A DNA stretch of 64,000 bases from Octopus vulgaris (taxonomy: Eukaryota). The position numbers and the translations under genes were made by a program. Positions 53,174-64,000 of this stretch are shown here, in pieces (the first letter of the stretch is position 1; each line of letters starts with the position of its first letter). The stretch is taken from NCBI GenBank assembly GCA_951406725.2, contig OX597826.1, positions 80,476,001 to 80,540,000 on the forward strand, read 5' to 3'. The notes under the pieces were generated by a model. That model had not been told where the DNA came from. It did no database searches and was given only the letters and a program-made list of their open reading frames with translations.

Positions 53174-54724
53174 TTCTTAGGGAACACAAGAACTGGCAGT
53201 CATCAGTTTGTAGTGCAAGCTACCACCAACTGTCAAAGTCTATTATAAGCATCTGAGAGAAGAGAGAAATTCGTCCGACTGGGATACAAACCATTTTGTG
53301 AATGCACTGACAAGCAATACAATGCAACACAGACCCCGTGCTCAACATATTTTGAGACCCCGTGCTCAACATTTTTCTCTTTGAGAAACAATGCCAGCCT
53401 TCAAATGAACAATCAGCCTCACTCAATCAAATAACAAATGGCAGTCGGGTATTTTTCCCCTCTTTTTCTCTTGGCTTTTTATTTTACACACAGCTGGCTG
53501 ACTAAGACAATAATTCTGCAGCAAACAAGTTATTTGATAAGGTATTAAGTAACATGATACACACTAACATTTGCAAGAGAATTAGATGAGTATTAATTAT
53601 GATAAGTCGTTAACCCTTCTCCAGCCAGAAACTGGAGATAATTTCATTGGCAGCTAAACTTTCAGAACAGCTGATAAAATCTCAGAAAAAGGCTTTAAGC
53701 ATGGCAACCTTGCTTCTTGTTTATTTTTGCTTATATTTATAATGCTATTTATACCAATAATTACTGGGTATCATGCTAACACCTTCTGCCATAACCACTG
53801 GTGTCAATATGCAGCTTAGAATCTGCATAAATATTATGGAAAAAACAAAAAAATGAAAAAAGCATTGTTCGAAATATCCTCTCGTAGCAACAGCAAAAAC
53901 ACAACAAAACCTTTAGACCCGTGCGTGTGTGTGCATGTGTGTGTGTGTGTTATATTCAGCTGCAGTTTACATAAATGGTGTTGAAATGAAATACAAGTAT
54001 AACAAGAGCTATGCAAATGTATTAACCTATTTCCCTGCCGACCAATATTTCATATTGATAAAAACAATGGCTTGTCTGCAACCTACACCATTCACTGCAG
54101 CTAAATCATTTCTCTTCCATTATCAATACAAACGGATAAGGCATATTTCAATCAATCTTCTAAGTCTTCACACTTCATATTTCGAGGTTTTATGCTTTCT
54201 GCAAGTCCAGACTTTCAAAGCCAACCCACACCAGATGATGACTAACAACCAATAATACAGCCAAAGAATATTGGATCAATTAAGCTCTCTCTCTTCATAC
54301 AAAAAAGGGCGAGGTTCTTAAGAAATCTTCACCATCAGGCATGGCTTCCCAACCACATAGTTCTGGGTTCAGTCTCACTGCACGGTACCCTGGGCAAGTG
54401 TCTTCTACTATAGCACCAGGCTGACCAAAGCTGTGTGAGAGGATTTGGTAGAAGGGAACTGGAAAAAGCCGTGTGTGTGTGTGTGTCCTGTCACCACCTG
54501 ACAAGTGATGGTTGGTTTACATCCCCATTACTTTGAGGTTCAGCAAAAGAGACTAATAGAATAAATACCAGGCTTAAAAAAAAGTACTGTGGTCAGTTTG
54601 TTTGATTAAAAGTTCAAGGCTGTGCCCCAGCATGGCCACAGTCTAATGACTGAAACAAGTAAAAGATAAAAGATCACTGGTATTACTATTCCAATATTAG
54701 AAATGGCTAATATTTAACAGAACT

Positions 54725-54759
<35 letters not shown>

Positions 54760-55724
54760 TATAACTATGATGCATAGTTCTACACAGTTCCCCCTATGCC
54801 TATCCCATTATAGGGGTTCTAATGCATTGCAAGGCCTAAACACATGTCTAAATAAGACATTAGTCTTATTCAGAAATTATCTCCGAAGCTTTTGAAACCA
54901 AGTGAACAACACTGGACGGCTGAAAGCTGACTCATATTCCACTGCAGTTATTGTTCTGAGACAAGTCACTAAAGACTATTTCACCAATTCCTCATATCTG
55001 TTTACAAATCCAATACTTCTCATTCGATCTTTGTTCCGTTACCAAAGAAACCAAAGGCTCAGGACTGCACAGAGTTTAAAACAATAAGCCTAATGAGTCG
55101 TGTGACTATATTCTGCCATTGACGGAAATCATCCGACAAAGAATTACATCGAGAATTAATGAATATGTCAACTGCAAATTGGTTTTAGACAAGGAATGGA
55201 AACTCGTGAATGACTGGCAACCCTAAGAACCATATGTGAAAGAGATCATCATCAGCATCATCATCATCATCATTTACTGTCCCTTTTTCCATGCTGGCAT
55301 GAGTTGGATGATTCAAAAGGAACAGACCAGCCAGAGGGTTGCACCAAGCCCCAGTGTCTGCTTTGGCATGGTTTCTACAGCTGGATACCCTTCCTGGTGC
55401 CAACAACTTTACAGAGTGTGGACTGGGTGCTTTTTTCATGGCACCAATAAAGATGAGGTCGCCAAGGAGTCACAAGACAAGACGCTCTCAACTGAGAGGG
55501 GCACAATATTGCAAGATATGAAATTATGATACAAGGACAGGAGCCGGTGTCTTGTTGATATAAATCGAAATGTTAAGAAATACTTTATCGATTTTACCAA
55601 AGCATCTGACAGTAAAATATGTTATCTCAAAATAAAAAAGCAAAAATGTAATGGGAGCAATCAACAGAGGTAAAAAGAGGAAGAATTAAGAAAGGGATTA
55701 CTCATACATTAAGATGACCTTTGT

Positions 55725-56055
55725 GAGGGCATGTCACCGAGTGATTAGGGTATTCTGCCCATGGTCAAAGGTCATAAGTTTGATTCCTGGTGGCACATTG
55801 TGCCAGTGAGCAAGACACTTTATTTCATGTTGCTCCAGTTCACTCAGTTGTAGATATGAGTTGCGATATCACAGGTGCCAAGCTGTATTGGCCCCTTTGC
55901 CTTTCCCTTGGATAACACTGGTGGCATGGAGAGAAGGGAGGCCAGTATGCATGATCAACTGCTGGTCTTCCATAAACAACCTTGCATGGACTTGTGCCTG
56001 GAGGGTAACTTTCTAGGTGCAATCCCACGGTCATTCATGACCGAAGTGGGTCTCA
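55725..56055 (+). mobile_element. tRNA-derived SINE (further family)
   Basis: Degenerate box A/B head followed by the gagcaagacactttatttca..ctccagttcactcag core; similar heads at about 41990 and 46255. Confidence 0.65.
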
Positions 56056-56515
56056 GCATTGAGGCAAGCTTCTCATCCGTGAACAACAATTCATTATATT
56101 AACACTTTGAATACGATGCCTTTTTATGATTTAAAAGCAGGGAGCACCAAAAGTTTGTGTCAGTTTCTTTGATATGTCCAAACTTATTAAAAACAGGAAG
56201 ACATAACAAAAGGATGGAATTAAAGAATATGGAAAAAAGTGCTGCCTGACTGGCTCCTGTGCTGGTGGCATGCAAAAAGCACCTACAACACACTTGGAGT
56301 GGTTGGTGTTAGGAAGGGGCATCCAGCTGAAGAAACCTTACCAAATCAGATTGGAGACTGGTACAGCCTCCCAGCTTACCAGTTCTCAGTCAAACTGTCC
56401 AACCCATGCCAGCATGGAAAGAGGATGTTAAACAACAACGATGATGATGATGTGACCAAACATTAATCAGTTAAATTTAAAGAATTCACGCTTTCATAAA
56501 ACAATGTTCACTTAC

Positions 56516-56714
56516 CGTTTTGTAGCCAATGGCATGTCTGGTTTCATGTCGGCATCAAGGAGCCACTCATCCCTGAAGTGGAGCTTCAGGGAGCTTATAC
56601 GGGTCATCAGGACACTGGAACCCATGTAGTCAAGGCGAGCCTCGGCAGCAAACAGGGAAAGACCAGATTGGTGGTCTGGAGGATTTCCTTGTTCGGGATC
56701 TTCGAGGACAGTAA
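56516..56714 (-). CDS. BLTP1: BLTP1 coding exon 2 in window (TVLEDPEQGNPPDHQSGLSLFAAEARLDYMGSSVLMTRISSLKLHFRDEWLLDADMKPDMPLATKR)
   Basis: Hand-translated; not in the ORF track. EARLDYMGSS and DEW match KIAA1109. Acceptor cttcttcag|TT, donor CG|gtaagt; 199 nt, phases 1/2, compatible with both neighbouring exons. Confidence 0.93.
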
Positions 56715-57194
56715 CTGAAGAAGCAAAATAAACAAGTAAAGCAACACGATCATTAAATACTAATTAATTACTAATCAAACTACAATAAACAAAATTAGCA
56801 TTTACTCATGAGATTGCAATTTTCATTTTTTTTCTTTTCTGCCTATTAATTCCATCTTTAGAGAAGAAATTCAATATTTCCATCATCGGTTTTATTGTCA
56901 GATATGTACCTAGTGATAATCTGGATTTGAACTAATAATCTTTAATTCTAAACCAAACGTAGTAACATTTACCCGTTAGGCCACTAGAGACTTGTTCATC
57001 TCTAAAAATGAGAGAAACAGTTTAAAAAATTAGAATTTTATTACCAACAACTCATCTCACAGATATTCAAACATTTATTTTTCCTAGTTAACCTTTTAAC
57101 TCCTTGAAAATCTATTTCCCATCTGGTACTTGATGCTTATTGTCCTGGCTCATCCGCCACATCCAAAGTCTACTCTCTCCATTAGACTGCCAAG

Positions 57195-58040
57195 GATTCT
57201 ACCGCACCCTTTGTGTGTGTCCATAACTTGCACTGGGTACTCTGCATAGAATTTCTACCTACATCTTTCCTACATGTTGAGCAGGGTGGTTTCCGTGCTT
57301 ACTAGAACTTTGGTTTTCGCTAAATTAACCTTAAAGCTCTTTGATTCTAGGTTTTGCTTCAACAGCTAGAATTTCTTTCCTAGTTCTACATCACATCCTG
57401 CTATAAGACCAAGGTCATCAACATATAGTAGATCCCAAGGGCAACCAATCTTAAATTCCTTTGTTATGGCCTGTAGAACTATGATGAACACAAAGAGACT
57501 GAGAATCGAACCCTGGTCAACACTTGCCTTACACAAAATTCGTTGCTGTACACACTGCTAACTTTCACCCCACTAACAGAAACCCTGTACATGGCTCTAA
57601 CAAGTCATTCATCAACCTCAGAGACCACCAAACCACAAAGTGAGGGACCCTTTTAAAGGCTTTCTCTAGGTTGAAGAAAGCGAAGCAGCTCTTAGCTAAA
57701 TACTTCTCCTACAATTGTCTTACTAGGAAAAGAGCATCAATACCACACTCCCTGGCACAAAACCAAACTGCATTTTGTCTAGACTAATTCTCTTCCTAAT
57801 AAACTGAGCTCTCTTTACATAACTTTCATTCCCTGGTCCAGCAAGCTGATAACTTTGGAACTGCTTCAAACTAAGGCATCTCCTTTACCCTTGTAACAAT
57901 TATTCAGTATAATGCTGCTGCACCAGACATCAGGTTTAACACCTTCATGTATAACCTGATTAACTTTACAGGTGACTGGGCTGCATTCTACTCCAGATAT
58001 TTTAAGCACCTTAGCAGTAATTCCTTATAGACCAGGGGCT
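57195..58040 (-). mobile_element. RTE LINE reverse-transcriptase remnant
   Basis: Minus-strand translation gives KGKGDA..ISLLDQGMKV..MQFGFVPG..DALFLVRQL..NLEKAF..DQGSILSLFVFIIVLQAITKEFKIGCPWDLLYVDDL..KVNLAKTKVL, with stops and frameshifts. Confidence 0.9.
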
Positions 58041-58163
58041 ACAAACGTGTGCAAGCAAGCATGCATGCACATACATACACTCTGTGGGAATCATATGTCT
58101 TTCATATGCAGAAAATGAATTTCAATAACCAGATAACCATCATAAAGAAGAAGAAATAACAGC

Positions 58164-58201
<38 letters not shown>

Positions 58202-59664
58202 GAAGTCATATAGCAAGGCACACAAACACAAAATACAACAAAACACATAATAGGTATAAAAGAAAGAAAAAATAGCTTATAACACTGTTCGGTTCTACTT
58301 AATTCTAATTCTGAAAGCAAATATAATATAAATATATATTCATCAACATCAGAGCTGCAATGTTCTTTGACTGTAGCTAACAAAGCAAAGTGCAAAGCAA
58401 TTTGAGATGGTAGAGAAAAAGTCTATTTTTAATGATCAGCTTTGTAGACATATGACAATATCTTTGATTCTGTTAACTGGAAGAAGAGATAAAGAAGGGA
58501 ATTTCAATGGTGCATGTGTTTAATAAACGGCCCAATACTACAGCCAAAAATGTAACAATATCTATTTTAGTTCCAGTTTTAGAGTTGAGCAATGTTGCCA
58601 AACATGGACAAGAAAGAAATAAAAATACAAAAACTGAATATAAACTAAAATAACTACAATACATCTATTCATAACATTTCTGAAGTGAAACAACTCACAG
58701 TAAAACCTAATTGGAGGTGGTGGCCACCAAAACAATAATCAGAACAATAATTGGTTTGTTTTGTTTTGTTTTGTTTTGACTTTTTTTTTCTTCTTTTTAA
58801 TATATACAACAGAGCCAGAAAATGTGTTCATTTCCCCAGAGGGTAATTTTTACTAACAATGTCTGCATTTTAAGCTTGAAAAAGAATCAACTGGATTTTA
58901 AGTGAATTCATTTTGAATCAAGGGAAATATAAATAGAACAGAGAGAGAGAATGGTACTGGGAAAACTTATAGAAAGGTGAAGAGATAATATCTTGTGATG
59001 GTCATTGTGGTAGTTAAGTCTGACTGCTCTATCAGAACTGCTCTGGAGTTAAGATCAAAAGCGTTCCATCCATGACCATCCCATCTTTATTTCAAACATA
59101 GTGTATCTGAGACATTATGCAATGTATCATTTTTTCTAACACTGTACAATGGGATTTAAGGAAGATTTGACTGCTATTTCTAGCAGGCTGAATGGTCATT
59201 AAGAATCCCCTTCATTAACTTAGACAATGAAATTTATTACTTTATTTACTTCAGTCTGACTGGCTAATCACAGGTAATATTACCTTCACAGTTGAGTGCT
59301 TAAAAATGGTGAGGACAGGTAAGTCAACTGTGAAAATACTTGCTTCAACACTATGCAAATGCAGAAATTCACAAGAGTCTCACAGACACAGGGAAATTAT
59401 TGCAGAACAGCAATAAGAATAAAAGAGAAAAACCTTCATCTCAGACAGGCGTCAGCTTTTTTTTCTCCACAAACTGCTATTTATTAAATAGCCACTTCTT
59501 TTTACAACCTCTTTCACACAGACTTCTTGAGACTAATCAAAACCATTATTTCACATTGTATAGTAACTGATTTTAAAGACCAGCTGGAAGGATGGTCATA
59601 GGCGGAGAGGAGGAAAGGCATAAACGCAGGATGCAGACTAGAGGAAGAGAATGGCATTACTTAC

Positions 59665-59822
59665 AGTATGTATGGAGGTCCTGGAGATCAATAGTTCCAC
59701 CCACAACACCGCCTTTCGAGACGAGCATAGAACTGCCCAATCCTGCAGTAACTTTCATGTTTTTATGGCCAAAACTATCAATAGAGAGTCGGCCCTGGCT
59801 CTTGATATCTTTGGTGGCCCAA
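59665..59822 (-). CDS. BLTP1: BLTP1/KIAA1109 coding exon 1 in window (WATKDIKSQGRLSIDSFGHKNMKVTAGLGSSMLVSKGGVVGGTIDLQDLHTY)
   Basis: Peptide matches my recollection of the KIAA1109 C-terminal motifs KSQGRLS and SKGGVVGGTID. Acceptor ttttcttttatccaaag|T, donor T|gtaagt; 158 nt, phases 2/1. Confidence 0.92.
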
Positions 59823-61386
59823 CTTTGGATAAAAGAAAAAAAATAAATTGTAAAAATAACAACAACAACAACAACAGCTGAAGAAACTTGGCTAGACACA
59901 TTTCATTCCTAAAATTAAATAAAAAAAATAAATAGCCAATAGTAGTCCGATTACATCAATAGCAACAGCAATAGTTATGCAAGGCAACTTACAAATGAAC
60001 CAAAGTATTTTAGCTCAGATTGATAATGCAGATGAAATTTTATTCACAGTGTTTATAAAATGCGTAAAAAGTAAAAATTTAAAGAAGAAACGTGTAGGAG
60101 GCATTATGTGTGAGAACGGAGATGGGTGTGTGTATGAGTTAGTATGCATGTGTGTGGTGTTTGGATGCAGAAATGTAAGTTTGCGTAGGGCATGCATCGA
60201 TATATTCCTGTCTATGCATACAGATCTGTATGTGTATATATGTGGTTAGATTGGAGCCTGGTGTAGCCTCCTGGCTTGCCAGTCCTCAGTCAGACCATCC
60301 AACCCATGCCAGCATGGAAAGCAGATGTTAAATGACGATGATGATGATGATGATAGGGCACAGGTACACCAGGAGTGTTTATGGTTTGCTGTGCTTGAGA
60401 ACACAAGACAAGCGAAGTAAATATGTGGTTGTCCTTGCATACAGGCTTGACCCCTACAGCCCTCTTCAGTTGAGCGTTCCTAATCTTGCAGGCTTGTGGG
60501 TGTCAGTGCCAAGTAAAAGCACCCAGTACACACTGTAAAGTGGTTGGCATTAGGAAGGGCATCCATTCATAGAAACCATGGCAAAACATATATGGAGCCC
60601 AGGCAGCTCTCCAGCTTCTGTCAAACCGTCCGACCCATGCCAGCATGGAAAAGCGATGATGATGATGATAAGAGACATCTGTAGATGCCTGAATCCAACA
60701 AACATAAATGGTATATTTCCCAAAGCGAATTTCATTGCAAGTTTCTAGTGTTGCAAACTTGAAGGACAATGATAAGAGACAGACAGACGGACGGATCCAC
60801 TTCAGCCAGTTTTAAGTGGACAACAGACAAAAGGTCCAGAGATAATTTCAAATGAATACAACTTTTCTATAAACTGCATTGTGTTACTTCTCATAAAAAT
60901 TTATTTCTAGCAATTTATTCTTATCGCTTATTTCAAAAATTACCCCAGGGGAAATGGAAATCAAAGGCATTGTCTGCCAGCAAGATTTAAATGCAAAACA
61001 TTGATGGTACACCATACTGTAAAGCATCTCATTGGGGTTTCTCAACTATGTCCCCTTTCTAAAATCTCTCTATATAAAAGGGCAAGTCATGTGTCTTTTT
61101 TCTTTTCCTTTTGATTTAAAAAAAAACGTTCTGTCACACACTAAAAATGTGAAAGGAGAAAGAGAAAGTAGTGGCTATACTGAAAGATGTGAAAGAGAGA
61201 AAGAATATTCTCACAAAAGAGGAAACAAATAGAAAGACTTCTACAATAAAGGAAATTAGAAAGGTAACATGATAAAATAAGAGATACTGCAAGTGAGAGA
61301 GAGGAAGAGAGAGTGAGAGATTTGTGCAAGAGTTTTTCAGCTTTCTTGCAAATGCTTATAGTTTTTGCTCACACACACACACACAC

Positions 61387-61426
<40 letters not shown>

Positions 61427-62499
61427 GACGTCTGCAGCCTCTGGGTATCTTGGTCAACTTGAGGCTGCAGTAGAAGACATTTGCTCAAGATGCCATGCAG
61501 TAAAATCAAAACGAGAGGCAGCAGAGCAAAGAGACATCCAAACCAATTTCTTAACCACGCAGCCATGTTTGTATCCAGAACTCAGAGAAGAAAAGGACTG
61601 ACCTGGAATAACCTGGAATGCACTGAAACAACCAGCCTTCTTCTGAATCGGCTGACTTAACAATAAATGGAATTAAAACAATAGCACAAGAACTACATCT
61701 TTGCTTAAGCATTACAACTGGAAACACTGACCAGGGTTCAAACTTTGTTCAACGACCACAGCTGCTACTGTCACCACTGTCAATAGTCAATGATTATCCA
61801 TGTAATATATCACAAGTCATCATCATTTAACATCCATTTTGCATGCTGGCATGGGTTGGATGGTTTGACAGGAGTTGGCAACCCAGAGAGCTGCAGTAAA
61901 CTCCATCATCTGTTTTGACATGGTTCCTACAGCTGGATGCCCTTCTTAATGTTACCCACTTTAAAGAGTGTACCGGTGCTTTTTTATGTGGCACCAGCAA
62001 GTAACTTGCAACACAAAGACCTCTCAGCTGGGAGAGGGAATGTTAGTGAGGCAGTGGCTTTCTGGCAGTTCATAGGTTAAAATACAGGCTTAGAGATAGA
62101 TGTCTTGCTATAGAGGAGATACCTGGCTACCCTGGTAGGAAAAGGAGGGAGAAGAGAGAGTTAGAAAGAAAGATAGACAGACAGAATGAAAGAGTGAAAT
62201 GAATGATGTTGGAGATGTACTGGAGCTGACCCATAGGATACAGCAGGGGCAATACATGAATCAACCTCTTCCACCAGGTTCTTAGTTGGTGGGGTCCAGC
62301 TAAAATACAATCTCCTCATGTCCTTTTAAGCTATAATCCTTGTATATCTCAGCTAAGGACAATACATTTTGAGTGTCGATGCCATCCTTTGAATGTAATA
62401 ATTGAAAACACTGAATCCAGTGACCACACAAACATTACTATTACTACTATGACACACAGGGCAGCCCCCACTGACCAGGGACCACCACCACAAGATAAA

Positions 62500-62708
62500 G
62501 ATCCCTCTTAAGTCATATAAACTCACAGGGCCATTTTCCCTGTTTCCGTGGCACAGGATGGGACACTGATCCGTTGCAGGGTCACACATTTTGGCCAGCT
62601 GAGTGGACTGAAGCAATGTGAAGAACACAACGCCCCACCTGGTGCAGGAATTGAAACCACAATCTTATGATCATGAATCCAACACCCTAACCACTAAGCT
62701 ATGCACCT
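62500..62708 (-). mobile_element. tRNA-derived SINE
   Basis: Minus-strand head gcatagcttagtggttagggtgttggattcatgatcataagattgtggtttcaattcc, followed by a cagtccactcagctgg core. Confidence 0.7.
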
Positions 62709-63591
62709 CCACCACTACAATTACCACTATGACTGTTACCACTACCACCACCACCATCACAATTACCAACATCGCACCAACAACTATTACCACAACCACT
62801 ACTACCAAACAATGATAACTATCTCAACAACCACACTACCACCGTCACTACAACAACCAACAAGTGCCACTGCATCAACCACAACCGCCAACACAACACA
62901 ACGACCACTAATAAGACAACAACATCTGCTATCACCACAACAATCAGCACAACCAGCACACCACAGTGACCACCACCACCACCACCACCACCACTACCAC
63001 CACAACAACAACAACATCCACCACAACTAACGGTGATAATGGAAACTGGAAACAAAGAGCTGAAAGCCCAAACCCAATCTCGAATCTCCATCTCCCAATC
63101 ATTTGTCCAACCGGATTCTCAGTACGCAATTTCTCGTACGTAATTTAATTTAATAACAGAATTAATAAATATACAGCATTTATCTATTTATCTTTGTGGA
63201 GAAAGAGGGGGGGGAGGCAGAGCTTTCGCTAATTTATTGGCAACAGTGTCTATATTTTTATACATCCACACACACACACACACACACATATTACATTCTT
63301 CATTTTATCTCCCATCTTTTGTTGTTGGTGCTTTTTTTTTTTTAGCCAGACATCAATAAAATGTCATTATCAGCACTAATCTCTGTGCTGGGGAAATTGT
63401 GTGTACATCGTTGGCAAACTGATGGAGGAGAAATATTCTGGTGCTGTTCTCTTTTGTTTTAGGTTTAAAAATTGGTATAATTTTGCAGCAATAATAAACA
63501 ACAACAACATTACTGAGATACCTGCAGAATGGTGGGGGGGGGGACAAAGCTATTCTACAGGGTGTGCACAAAAGTTTAATACATTCTCCAC

Positions 63592-63662
63592 AGTGTGTGT
63601 GTGAGAGAGTGTGTGTGAGTCAGTATGTGTGTGTGTGGGTGCGTGTGTGTGTGTGTGTGTGT

Positions 63663-63703
<41 letters not shown>

Positions 63704-63812
63704 TGAGTGTGAGTGTGTATGTGAGTGAGTGAGTGAGTGAGTGTGTGTGTGAGTGAGTGTGAGTGTGTGTGAGTGAGTGTGTGTGAGTGTGTGTGAGTGT
63801 GTGTGAGTGTGT

Positions 63813-63843
<31 letters not shown>

Positions 63844-64000
63844 AGTGTGTGTGTGTGTGAGTGAGTGAGTGTGTATGAGTGAGTGTGAGTGTGTGAGTGA
63901 GTGTGAGTGTGAGTGAGTGAGTGTGTGTGAGTGAGTGAGTGTGTGTGTGTGTGTGTGTGAGTGAGTGTGAGTGTGAGTGTGTGAGTGAGTGTGTGTGTGA
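63592..64000. repeat. (GT)n/(GAGT)n microsatellite array
   Basis: Directly visible and runs to the end of the window. Confidence 0.97.

Overview
AT-rich, repeat-dense animal genomic DNA. The SINE families, RTE tails and dense (CA)n/(TA)n/(AAT)n tracts point to an octopod cephalopod (inference). The only protein-coding gene I can support is the 3' end of BLTP1 (KIAA1109/tweek/FSA, bridge-like lipid transfer protein 1) on the minus strand. It has nine coding exons between 59822 and the TGA at 11258. All eight complete introns are GT-AG and phase-compatible, giving 1684 coding nt (about 560 aa); upstream exons lie beyond the window. One exon (56516-56714) is missing from the ORF track. The rest is intron or 3' flank filled with tRNA-derived SINEs, RTE LINE remnants, hAT- and piggyBac-type MITEs, a Helentron-like element and micro/minisatellites, and nearly all other listed ORFs are artefacts of these repeats. 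The most unusual signal is in the intron at 21.4-23.2 kb: a tRNA-headed (Pol III type) element carrying a Penelope-type minimal hammerhead ribozyme, present as a head-to-head inverted pair and flanked by further hammerhead-like remnants. Repeat boundaries were read by eye and are approximate.
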